Shown here piece by piece: positions 25,526 through 37,960 of a stretch of 64,000 bases of DNA. The stretch lies in assembly GCF_036321535.1 (NCBI RefSeq), contig NC_087437.1:38256001-38320000 (forward strand), in the 5' to 3' direction. The notes below the pieces were generated by a model. It did no database searches, was not told the origin of the DNA, and was given only the letters and a program-made list of their open reading frames with translations. Positions within the stretch are counted from its first letter, which is position 1. Each line of letters begins with the position of its first letter. This stretch comes from Camelus dromedarius (Eukaryota). The position numbers and the translations under genes are program-made.

Positions 25526-28004
25526 GATTATTCTGTTAAGATTTAACAGAATATTTTAGGGACAAAAAGGAAGCTCTACATATAAGCAGAAAACAACTGT
25601 CATTTTACAGAAAATAAAAGAGAAAATCCTATTTTATGTATTATTCATGAAACAATTTATATTGAATTAATTATTAACATACATTTATATAGTTGCATTG
25701 AGGCCTACAAAAATACATAATCATACAAATAGGCAATAAATTTAAAGCTTTTAACCAAAGCTTTAAAATATAATTAACTATTGATATATAAATAAAACAA
25801 TGTATGTATCATTAAATGTATTCCCTTGAAAAACTGTAAGAACTTTCTTAATAAACAAGAAGAAAATCATATCCATTATCTTTTGATCATATTCATACTT
25901 CCCTATAATTATTTTACCTAGTCTGGTCATTCATTTATATTAATCATCAACTTTAAATAGTGATTTAAACCAAATAGTGGATAACCACATTAATAATTTT
26001 CCTTTTTTCTCATTACAAAGAAAAAAATGTATACCAAACCAAACAAAATAAAAAATGATACAGTGAAAACTATTTAGCTATTATTTTTCCCCATGAGAAC
26101 TCATTTTATATTAACAAATTTTGAGATGATAAAAAAGAAATGTACCCATATAATATCACATATGGCCTTTACATGTTCTCTTAACTTCAGCCATTCAATT
26201 AAATTCGGTAAATGATGCTTAGTGACTGGTGTTAAGTACCTATCTCTACTTAGAAATTGACCTGGTACATAAAGCTTATGTATTAGTTAAAATAGTAATT
26301 TTGGATATGAATAGTATGAAATAAACTCTTTAAAAAGATACCAGTCATTACTATTCCATTTAGTTATATATAATTTTCAGGTATTACTTATACTAGTTTA
26401 TATATTTTAATATTTCAGTATTATATAATATTTTAATATATATAATTTTTAACAAGTTATAGACACCTTATAAATTACTTAACTCATAAACCCAATGCAG
26501 GAAATTCAGAAAGTTTAAGCTTAAATCATGAGATATTTTAATCTATTTAATTCTGATCTTATATACAAGTTAAATTTTGTGCTGACTTTTTTTTAATAGT
26601 AAACAAAATTTTAAAGAGTCATTAAAATCATTCCAAAAGTGCTTCTCCTGTCTTGGTACTTTTCTTTGTAACCAGAAACTATACAATTGAAGGTTATTAT
26701 GCAAATATACTTTTCAAAGTAATAAAAAGAACAAAAGGTTTAATTACCATTCTATCTTTCTTTTAGACATTTTGAGTGCCTTTCCAGATTAGATATTCCT
26801 AGAGTGTGCATATAATAATACAATTAGTTTTTTTCTCATCAATCTTTAAAATTTCAAAATCGAAGGAAAAAAGACAAGAAGCAAAACAAAGAAAATGATG
26901 TGAAATGGAGACAATTTCAGATATATATGTAATTATCATTAAAAGGAACTAATGTAATTTCCTCTGTCAGGAGAAGGCAGAAAATTTAGATGTGGTAAAA
27001 GGCATTCTGACATAGATACACACAAAAAGAAAAAGTGTGGTTGAATTAACAAGTTGGGCCCTTAAAAATTTGACAAACTAAATGATTAAAAAAATTTTTA
27101 ATCCCCAAAGTAGAAACATGAGTATCTCATACGCTAAGCAAAATATTTTTTCTTCCTTCAGAGTTCTTCTTTGTTCTAAGCACTTCTCAATAGACAATTC
27201 TGTTCACCAAAAAGTGGCCATTGTAATCCCAAATTATCCTGATGAAATTGGGTATGTCAATACCAGTGAATTGCCAATCTGAGAAACAGGCATGTAACTT
27301 AGTATTATAGTAAAGAAATCTGAAAAAAGAGAATGTTGGCCTGTAAGAGTCACATTTTATATTAAGGTGGTAACTTAAGAGCGGCAATGACCAGTAAATA
27401 TGATGTTTCTGAAAACGCTTGTCTCTGGAAATCTAGCAAAGACCAGTTCATAAACCTTCTGATTCTGTGCAAAGAAAACTGAACAAAGCAGTTCTCTGAA
27501 ATATTACGACAGAAAGAAGTTCTTTGCAAGGTTTCAAATGATGAGCAGAGGACATATTTCTCAAAACTGGTCTGAGGAGAACTTAAGAACCCTTCAACCT
27601 CAGGGTTGGTTCAAGGAAGCTGATCAAATCTCTACCATTTTCTTACTTTGCCCCTTTATAGATTACAAAACAAAACAAAAACACTCAAGACAAAGACAAA
27701 TAAGCAAACCTTATAAACAGAATTTAGAAGAGTAGGAAAAAGAATCATTAATAAACAAGAGAAATCCAATCAGACACCCAAAATTCCCAGAGGACTTTAT
27801 TTCTTGGCAAACAAACAAAAACCAAATAAAACCCAAAAATAAAGGGCCTCAGCAAAATACTGGTGCTCCACTGAGCACAAGCTTACCATCCAGCTACGCG
27901 CATGGTGGCCTCGCTGTGGTCTATCCTCAGGGATTGCCAGTACGCCCACTATTACTGGTCTTCATTTGTGGCAGTGAGGGCTTCAGCTGGATCTTGGAGG
28001 AAAC

Positions 28005-28540
28005 TCCATTTCTCTCAGGAATCTCAAGGGACATTGGCAGTCAGACGAAATTGGTGTTTTTGTATCACTACAAAGGGGGAGACCATGCACCATGGGGAAC
28101 CATTAGGTGTCTCAGTGAGAGAACTTACTACGGGATTTGTGCTTGTGTTAGGTATTTTCTTGTTTACTTAAATGGGGCTTGCTACATAGTAGACGGTGCA
28201 GGAATTGGGAGATAATTCCAAGTTTTAATCAAAAAGTCAGAAGGCCTAAAATCATTATGGTAAAGAAGTAGGACGCTGCAATAAACCTTTCTCTGCTCCA
28301 CCCCTCCCCTGCCCCAAGAAAAAAGCAAGAGCCATTCCAGTTAGCCATTTTGGTGATTTCTGTGGTTTGGACAGTGTTGTGTGTTCCTCCAGGGGGGCAC
28401 AGAAGCCCCCTCTGTGGGTGATGTTGCTATAGCCTTGCTCCACGGTGGGCACAGTTGTTTCTCTGATACTAGTGGTCTGGAATTTTGTGAAATTTCTTCT
28501 GTTCAACAGGGTAGCACACACATTATCTGTGATACCTAAA
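28005..28540 (-). mobile_element. 5' LTR of the provirus (same family as 18993-19605, diverged)
   Basis: caccatggggaacc..gtctcagtgagag..ggatttgtgcttgtgttaggt; gttagccatt and tctgat..gtgaaattt..tgttcaaca blocks parallel those at ~19350-19500. Confidence 0.6.
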
Positions 28541-29394
28541 TATCAGAGGCCGCTTTTCTCTCAATATTGGAATTTAAAATTTTCATTTTCACTCAACCCA
28601 TCCACCTTTTCTGGAAGAATAGCAGATGAATCTAATAGTAAATTTCTACATAAAGTTGCAGAAGAAGAGTGTCAGTGACGTACTAGGTCGCAATGGGTGT
28701 GCAGTATTCTGTTGATAGGTTGTGGAAAGGTTTAGAATCCTAGAAGTAAACAGAATGAGGCCTTATTTTACCAATTATAGATGAAAGGCCCTCCTTGAAT
28801 TAAAGCTTTTGGCAGCAAATAAAAACAGTGCCAATAAGATATGCATTTCAAAATGTTTCACAAGTTGCTCATCACCAATGTTATTCTATTTTTAAAGTTA
28901 AATTAATATGACTAGAGAGCGTTTAGAGCAATACAATGCAATGCTTCCTTAAAAAATCATAATGCAGATATGTATCTCCTGATTTTGCTGTATACCATCG
29001 CCACTATTTTGGGTGGATTTCATGTATTTTTTATATGAAGTGTTGTGTGTTCTTATTCTCTAAATATAAATACTGTTTATTCCTTTTTAACTCAAAAATT
29101 ACTTAAGAGAGATTTTATAAAAAATTAAAGTGTATAGATTTTTATGTGTTTAAACTTTTTATGTGTTTAAAGTGCTTTCAAATCACTTTTCTACGACCTA
29201 TAAATTAGCAAACTACATCATGTCTTAAAACTCAGCATTGCTTATAGTGCTCTGAAAACAGACTTCTATTTTTTTATTACCATGAAAACTTTTGTGTTAG
29301 TAGCATATTTCCCTGGAAAACTTTTGTTAATTGACCTTTTAAAATTTCAGGCTCAACAGTGACTTCCTCCAAAAATTAAATTGTCTCCAGTAGT

Positions 29395-29535
29395 AGAACT
29401 AGAAGAGACCTAAAAGTTCATCTAAGTCTCATCTTTCCTTTCACAGATGGGTTTAATTTACTTTTGCAAGGACCCAAGGCTAGTTAATGCTGAGTAAGGA
29501 CCAGAAGTCAGGTCTCATGATTCTCAGAACATGTC
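29395..29535 (-). mobile_element. MIR SINE fragment
   Basis: tttcacagatgg...gctagttaatgctgag..agaagtcaggtctc. Confidence 0.55.
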
Positions 29536-29689
29536 CTGTTCTGTTCATTTCTCTTTCAAATCTCCAAGCTTTTCTCTCTCACTCTGTGTGTGTGTGTGTT
29601 TGTTCAGAAATTAATTAATTATGATCCAAGCCATTGTCTTCATTCAAAGATACTGCTATATCTTTTCTGTTCCTTCTTCATTCTTCAGT

Positions 29690-30120
29690 ATCTCTCTATC
29701 CCAACTTTTTTCCACCTAGTAGTTGGATGGAATACCCTAAAATAAAAATGAGATATTACCATTCCCAGGCTCAAAATCCATCAATCATTTTCTATTGCAC
29801 CTGAGATAAAACACAGAGTCTCTAACCCTATCTTTAAGATTCTGCTGCGTTTGGTTATTGCCATGCTCTCCAGCCCCCTCTGGTACCATTCTCATCCTGC
29901 CACTACCTTCCAGGCCCACTAGCCTTCTTCCTGACCTCTTTCCTGTCCTCTCTGCTTGAAATGCCCTTCCCCACCACCGTTGTTTACCTAGTTAATGCTC
30001 ACTCCATTCACTCATTCATTTATTAATTTACCAAGTATTTATCAGACACCAGTTCTGTGCAGGCCTTGGCACTGGGGATACTTTGATGGCTGAAATTGGC
30101 AAGGTCTCTGCTATTTTGCC
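29690..30120. mobile_element. L2 fragments (plus-strand body followed by minus-strand tail)
   Basis: gctcaaaatccatcaat..ctattgcacctgagataaaa, then cattcactcattcatt..tatttatcagacacc..ggcactggggatac. Confidence 0.6.
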
Positions 30121-30997
30121 ATTGACCCTCCATTGGGTGCTGCTGTGTCTCCTGCTCTGTGTGGCTTCCTGTAGGTTGTAAACTGTCATCTGTGCCCGTA
30201 TGAAAGGGGCATGGAGCAAAATCTGTATCTTTGGTATATTTCTATCAGTTATTTTCAAACTTGTGGCAGCAATGTTATACATTATTTTTGCCTACTTTTG
30301 GACATTTTACATACTCTTAAAGACAATTTATCAAAGGTTACTTCTAAGTTTATTTTATATCACTTGTGTTTACTTAATGTCTATTTCCTCTATGCAACTT
30401 AATAAATGTAGTCTTTTAGAGAAGCATTGCTTTTTCTCTCCTGATTTTTTTTTGTTTCCTGTCTTGTGTTATTTAATAACATTGACCACAAGACAGATTT
30501 ATTAAATAAATTAATATATATTTATGGTTTTCTTCCATATTCAGAGAAACTATTCCTTTGACAATAATGAGTAAATATTGTTGATACATCTAAATAATAC
30601 TTACCTTATTTCCTTTTATTATTCAGGACATATAATGACTACAATAACTCCAGATCATGCATTGGTTGGTGTTCAGTATATTGTATCAGCTGAACTCAGG
30701 TAAATGTAGATATTTATATTTGGCCTCATTTCAAGTAGTAATAAGATTTTATGCAAAATGATGTGTTTTTGAATGAATGTAAGGTTAATTGGACAATTAG
30801 TATTAGTTTTTTTAAAAATGAATATATACAGTACACTCCAATAGTTAGAAGTGAATGAGTACCATAGATTTCCTATCCATAGCCTTACTGTCAGATGACA
30901 ATGAAGGTAAATTTCAGTGCAAACTATTACAAAATTCGACTTTATTATTAGATAGGAATAAAATTTTTCTTTGTTAGATTCATGAAATCATAGGAGC

Positions 30998-31470
30998 TGT
31001 ATCAGTCATGGGTTCCCCAGAGACAAAAATCAGTAATCAATAGGAGATACCTCTCTCTCATTTTCTCTCTTCCTGTCTCGGTCTCTCTCCTTCTTTCTCA
31101 TATTTCTCATGTGTATGTATTGTATCAAAAATATATCTATAGTTATATCTTTTATCACAACAAAATGGAGGAAGTAGTATCAGAGCCCTAGAGTGTACTT
31201 ACTACTGAATCACTGAGCATGCTCTTTGCAGGGTGTTGGGACCACAAAGGTGGGGCCTTGAAGCCAATGGCAGAAACAGTGTAAGGGCACACCCACTTCC
31301 AGAGATGCTACAAAGAAGCAAGGAAAAAGAGAGAGAGAGAATATCTTTCATCTACCCACCATTTGACAGCCCCGCCATTCGTAAGCAATAGTTCCTTCTG
31401 TCAAAACCTAGCAAAGCAGTTTGGGAAATATTGTTTGCACACTTACAGCTCCAGCAATTCAGAAGGGGCA
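30998..31470 (-). mobile_element. Ancient LTR fragment(s), ERVL-like
   Basis: tgtatcagtcatgggttccccagagac..caataggagat resembles an MLT2-like end; gggaaatattgtttgca lies further in. Confidence 0.4.
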
Positions 31471-33819
31471 TATGTGGGGCCAATACATTATTGGTACATA
31501 ACTGGAACACCAGAAGTATCCTTCTGGATAGAAAAGCAAGAAGAGGTCTTTAGATATTTATGGGAATGATTCTAAAATATTTCTAGCCAATACCACACAT
31601 TTCACCAGTAACAGTCTAATTTTGACTCTCATTATGCTAATGATACAGCTGGCTGAAGTGTGTTTGCTTTCTCTGGTACATGGTCTCCAAACCCCTTGGA
31701 GTTGTATTCCTCATTAGGGAACACACTGCCCCAAAGGCATAGATTAAAACTCATATTCATTGATATCATACTGTCTTTACTAAAGTATTTTAAAACAAAT
31801 GAGTAAATACTTAGCATTACGAAAATATTTTTTATCTTTTGATATTTCATTCTAACTTTGCTGTTTCATCATAGGGTAAGATTATAATCACTACAGCAAA
31901 ACCAGTGGAAACACTTTAATTCAGTTTCATAGATACTTGCAAGACTTCAAAGAACTTTTCTTCCACTTTACCAATATTTCACCAGCTTCCTCCTCCTGAG
32001 AGAAGGTGGAGAGATGTCTCATGTCTATTTAATACTTCTTTAGGCTACAGTGTGTTCCTTTGCTGATTCCTTTGCTGATAGCTGTACCCAGATAGCTGAA
32101 ATAAATTATTGTGAAGTGATTTCTTACCTCTAATAACTTGTTCAGCTCTGTGCTGCTGTCAATGCTGATAGTTATTATTAATAACCAACCGAGTCTTAAC
32201 AGAAAAATTACTCATTTTTGCATTCCATCTCCCTAGAACATAAGTAAGAATTCATGAAGGGAAATAGGAGGGACTGAAAGAGTCTAGCCATGTTCATTCA
32301 TGACTGAACCAAAAAGCAAATTTAGTTAAGACTGACTGAATTTGGAATCTCTCACATATTTACACACCTTAAAGTTCTAGAAAAGCCCAAAGTGGAAATC
32401 TGAGTTTAATTATTTGTGGAAGTGGCCTCTTCCAGATTTTATGTGCAAAAGTTTGAAGAATAAAGAGGAAGGTATGGTTGCTGATGAAGAAGTAGAAAGG
32501 ACAAGGGCATTGGAAAGAATTTTATATCTTCTCTCCCACCTGGCTAAAAGAATATTTTAGTTCTCCATGTAGAGAATGAATACAGCCAATAGAGGAGGGA
32601 ACCTGTATTTATGAGAGCCTTTGTGTGTTCATTTAGGGTCCAGGTGACAAAGGCCCTCACAGAGTTGAGGAAGGACCATTAAGCTTCCTCACATTCCTCC
32701 ACTTACAATAAACCATGGAATAATCATGGCTCTGACCTGCATGTTGTGACTTTTCTTCAGGTTTTGGTGTTCTCACACATGACACTGACACTGGCCCTGC
32801 AGGCAGTTGAGGGCTTCCTGCTAAAGAAAATGAACTGAAAGACAGAATAAACTAATTCAAAATCATTTGTAAGACACCTAGTATTGGATATGATATAGGT
32901 ACTAATGTACTATAAATATCGATATTAATGTTACTTTGCTTTTCCTCATTTTCAGGTAAACCAGAATGAACACATTTCCAAGGTTTAAATAGACTGTAGA
33001 CATCAACTATAGCAATTCTAAGTTTCATATATCAATCTTACTGTTTTTCTGATGTCCTAAAATAGAGTATTTTACCAGTTCCATAATCTATGTACAAAGA
33101 GTGCCTCCTTCTGGAATCAAATCCATGAAGTTATTTTTTTCTAAACTGTCCTTGTAAGAAAAGGTAGAATTAGAAGTTCTCTGTAAGGCCTCTAAAAAAA
33201 GACATCATTGGCGTGCAATGAGGCAAGAAATAAACAATGGTTATTGGAGAAAATTAGTCAATCATTTTGCCACAAATATATAATAGGATTTTTATTTCTA
33301 ACCAATTTACTAATCAAATTACCCAATTAACAACTTCTGTAGGAAGATATTAGTCTATTTTTGGAAAGACTGTAGCAAATCCACTTAAGGCAATTTAGCA
33401 AGAAATGCTGTCCTTTCCATGCACACAATTATGGTCTTTTGTTAGGAACTTTTCTTTCTTAAGACTATTTACCAGACATTAAAATGTTTTACATATCTTT
33501 TGGGTTGGCATTAATAAAAAAACCTGAACTATACAGATTTCCCCTAAAATAGTATTGTCCCTTTCCTTTAGAAACCCAAGCCTTTAAAAAGATAATACAA
33601 ATACAATTACAATAAATGAACCATTCTGCACATGGTATTTTATACGAGAAGTTAGATTATCTTCAATAAAATTAGGTAAAAATGATTGTTATTCTACCAA
33701 GTACTCATCTTTAGATGCATGTGTGTGTTTACCTGTGTTTTCATATGAGATGAGTTTGCATGTACTTGAATAGTTGTAATTTGGTTTAAAAACAGGAACA
33801 AAAACAAAAGTAAATGGGA

Positions 33820-33985
33820 CTTCTGTTTAATGAGCTCCTATCAAGTCCCAGGCACTGAGATAGATGCTTTGCATATGTTAACTCCTTTAATTCTAAATAA
33901 ATAAATACGTGAATAAATGAATAAATAAAATGATGAGGCAAGGAAGTGTTATTGCCTCTGGTCTCTTAGGAAACTATGATTCATT
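33820..33985 (-). mobile_element. MIR SINE fragment
   Basis: tgagctcctatcaagtcccaggcactg..gctttgcatatgttaactcctttaat. Confidence 0.6.
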
Positions 33986-34329
33986 GGTTATAATCTTGTT
34001 CAAAAATGTGTTTCAAAATTTTTTAAGTTAATGAATTAAAATAATAAGCTGCCATGTTTTGATCTATTAAGTAAGCCTGCATTAGATCAATCTTCATTAA
34101 TTGAAAAACTGTTATGAAATGGACTCTTTCCTTCATCTCTTGTATGATATACATATATCTCTTACCTACACATATGCCATGCCATCAAAGGAAAATGAAA
34201 GGTATACTAGCACACAGAAAATTATTTTTGCCACTTCCTAAAGATTAAAGGCATATAGAAAGTGGGATTTTATTAAAGAAAGAAACAGTGGCTGAAAAGT
34301 CTCCTAAGTGGCTTCCAAATCCTCCCAAG

Positions 34330-36740
34330 CAGGTTCTGATTATGAGTAACAAGACAGAATCTACACTGCAGATGAAACTTCAGGAAAGTGAGGGGCAAAA
34401 ATGAAAATTCAAAAATCTTGCAAAAGGAAAACAATTACCCAAAAAGCAAGAGTTATCTAGTTGTCAGATTTAAAGTTGATGAAAATATAGAATTGTGGAC
34501 CCAGACAAAATAAGATTTAATCAGAAGGACAAAATTAAAAAATGAATGTTGATATAAGCATTCAGTGTTTGTAATTCATAGATAATCTTCCAAATAACTT
34601 ATAAGCATTTTCGAGCCAAATTAAGATAGTGAATACAAAAGCAATGTTTGGGAATTAACAATACAGTGACCAAAGAAACAAATAAAATGATGGAGGATAT
34701 TAATTTAAAAAATAATTTAGGACAAAACATAAGGTTATCTTTAAAAAATGGAAAAACAAGGAAAATGGGAAAATTAAAGCACACCACAGTTCTTGCACTT
34801 TTGAGTGAGGGCGTAGAGATAGTGATTAATTTTATGTTTTTTATTTAATGTTGTTTGTAGGTGCACTAAACATTTTAGACTGAAAACTTAAAGATATACA
34901 GAATATATTATTTTCAAAATATTAAAGAAAAGCTAACACAAAGTTGACCAATGCAGTAAACCTCAAAAGCTATGGAGGGGTATGTGTGTGCATGTGTGTG
35001 TGTGCAACTGGAGCTTATCATGTAAATAGAAAAATAAGAACACAGTAATAATTCCAAGCACAGCTAAAATCACAAGTTAAATTTAGTTAAAATATAAACA
35101 CAGAGATACACTAGCTCTATGATATATTCAAGGCTTACACCTAAATAAAAATCATAAAGGAAGATTGAAAATGAGGAGATGGATATAAGTGTCAACCAAA
35201 AAACAAAACAAACAAACAAAAAAAGAGAGAGTAGGAGTAGTAATATCCAACAAAATAGCTGAACAACAAAAAAGCAGACTTATGTCACAACTATAGACAA
35301 TTAAAACTAGCACATTTTTAAACTCACATGAACATTCACATGATTTCAGTCAATCAAAAACTTCCACAAAGCAGAATTCCACATCTCTAAGAATAAAACA
35401 AATCTGTTATAATCAACAACAGAACCACAGATTAGGGAAGGAAAAAATTTGTTTAAGTGTGAGTTAAATGTCATACATAAAGGAAACCGAACGTGAAAAT
35501 AAACAGATTATAAGTGGAGTAAAAAGATGAATGCCAAAGTAAGCTATTATTTCACAGACAAAGGCTTAGTATCACTAAAATATAAAGCATTTTTTAAAAG
35601 TTAGCAGAGAAACAGTCTAAAAGTATTCTACTAAATGATCAGGAGATTTCAAAAGACATGTCAAAAAAAAAAAAACAACTCAGACTGTATACATATTTTA
35701 AATGCTTTAAATCACTGCAATGGATAGAAACATTATACCAAATTCATGGGTTCATAATGGTATTAACAAATGGTTACTACTGAGCAATTCACTGGGTTCA
35801 ACAGGCAACATCCACTCTTTCTAAACACTGAGGGGGGAAAAAGGATGAAATTAAATGATCTTTTTTTAATTGTATGAACTGTATTTAATAACTAAATAAT
35901 TGATGTGGGGAAATCTATATAGAAAAAAAATCCAGCTAATAAAGACTAAATACTTGATAAATCCAGAGCATCATCATTTTGCAGCCCTTAGGAAATGACA
36001 GATTTAGATTATCATTGGCTGTAAAGAATCATATAGAAGGTTCATGGAAAAATTTAGAATGAATGGATCAAGTAGACAAGATGTGAACTCACTGATCAAT
36101 CTCAAAAGCACAAGAAGACAGTAAGTTATCATATATATTTCCTTATGTATTAGAGTAGATAATACACTGGACTGCCAATAAAGTATTCTTGCCAAAACAT
36201 TGAATTTGAATCTGATAGCGTTCTAGATCTAAATACCAGTTTACCAACATTTTAGAGGATACAGACATGTATAAACCAAAGCTATGACACTATAATCAGT
36301 CAAGTCCAGAATGCAGACATTCCACTAATAAATAGCTAAGGGAAAGACGAAGAAGGGGGGAGTAGAGATTTAAAAATTCACCAAATTCATTATTTGGAAC
36401 TTGCTTTAATGACTCAAAGAAACAATCTAAGAAAAATAATTATGGAAATTAAACACTATCTAGATATTTGCTAATATTAAGAATCAATTTAGAAGCTTTT
36501 CTGCTAAAAGAGAAATAAGGATTCCAGCTATCTTTCCTTCTATTCAATATTACACTGAAGTTTCTAGCCAAGTTAATGAGACAGATGAGAAGAATTAAGA
36601 CTGAAAAAAACTTGACATCAGTGGATGAGTGCATGATCTGCCTTAAATTTCCTGGAAAATCTACGTCAACATTAGAGTAAGAGTTCAGAAAGATGACTGG
36701 ATATAAGATAAATTTAAAAATATATATCTGTAGACTTATA
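34330..36740 (+). mobile_element. Mosaic of highly decayed L1M/L1MC fragments
   Basis: Long A-rich tract; ttctattcaatattacactgaagtttctagcc (RT LFNI.LE.LA-like) at ~36540; L1MC-like 3'UTR at ~35700-36480. Confidence 0.55.
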
Positions 36741-36741
36741 A

Positions 36742-37415
36742 TTTCCAGTTCTGCAGATAAGGAGCTTGGAAGTTGCCACTTCATCCTAACAACAAGTAAA
36801 GAACTGACTGACTGGAAAATCAACAACTCTTCTTGGATCATTAAGAGACTGGAGGGCACAGGGCAAACCTCATCCCCTAAGACTGTTGACACAGATAAGC
36901 GAATGCTCTGCTACATCCTGGACCAGAGTCTCACTGGCTGAAACCACCAAGGCAGACAGTTTTCTCCTAGGAAAATATAAACTGTAATTGAAAAATGTCT
37001 GGAGGCTCAGTGGAGACAACTCTGAGAGTTAAAAACTCCAAGGCAATCCAGTCACAGTGGGGACCTCACAGTACTGTGAGATTTACCTCCACGAGCTTGA
37101 TCAGGTTCTCACAGAAAACACCAGAAACATTCCTTCATGTTTCTGGGAGGCAGGAGAAAAGAAACCATTCTGAAATATGTCAGAATATTTTGTTCTTCTT
37201 GAGACCTGCCCTCAGAAGAAACTACTTACACAGAGCCTAACTGAATTGGGGGAACAGAAGTGTGCAACTCCAGTAGGCTCTAGCCTTCCATGTAGGAGAA
37301 AAGAAATACTCTTATCTAGCCCACTTGAGCCATCCTGTCCTACCTAAGACGGGGAGGAAACAAACAAACCTGAGGAACTCTTGTGAAGTTCACAGTCTAG
37401 AAGCATAGGTTCAGC
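36742..37415 (+). mobile_element. L1MC-type 5' end
   Basis: ggagcttggaagttgccacttcatcctaacaacaagtaaa..aaatcaacaactcttctt..cacagggcaaacc matches my recall of the L1MCa 5' consensus. Confidence 0.65.
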
Positions 37416-37464
37416 ACTTTTTGAATACCTCATTTTGACCATACACATTTTTTCTAGATTCGGT

Positions 37465-37590
37465 GCCACTGTTGTCCTAATTTCACAGATGAAGCATAGG
37501 GAGATTGCATTATTTGCTCAAGATCATCTGGTATATACATAGCTGAGTCCAGGAATGAATCCAGATCAGCTTGCCTCCAGGACTAGCGTA
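37465..37590 (-). mobile_element. MIR SINE fragment
   Basis: tttcacagatgaag..ttgctcaagatcat..ccaggaatgaatccag. Confidence 0.6.
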
Positions 37591-37834
37591 TTATCTCCAA
37601 AGTGGTTAATGGTTAATTGTGGAGTAAACATGCTATAATGTAAGCCCTGGATTTACAACAAGCAATGATCTTGGTAAGGGCTAATAGCTTGATTAGAGTT
37701 GATAGAGCACGGATATATTTGAGCAAATACCTTGAGGTGATGGTAAGATTTAAGTAAGAGGATAGGGTTGCATGAGTACTGTAACAAGAGAAACACACAA
37801 TACAGTAAGCAGCTAAGAAATATGTTTTATAACC

Positions 37835-37960
37835 TGCTACTGAGCAACTAAAATTTGGCTAATGTGACTGAGGAATTAAACTTTGTATTTTATTTAACTG
37901 CAATTTAAATTTAAACAGCCACATTTACCCCATGGTACCATATTGGATAGCACATCGCTA
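37835..37960. mobile_element. hAT-Charlie MER3/MER33-like fragment
   Basis: ggctaatgtgactgaggaattaaacttt..aatttaaacagccacat..ccatattggatagcaca. Confidence 0.7.

Larger units (their letters stand above)
18993..28540 (-). mobile_element. Decayed class I (ERV1) provirus: LTR-leader-[AT-rich]-pol-env-LTR, with two nested L1s
   Basis: Pol and env motifs are colinear on the minus strand in the correct order between two homologous LTR-like blocks (see sub-features). Confidence 0.85.

Noticed and set aside
36449..36892. 147-aa ORF
   Set aside because: Antisense to L1 fragments.
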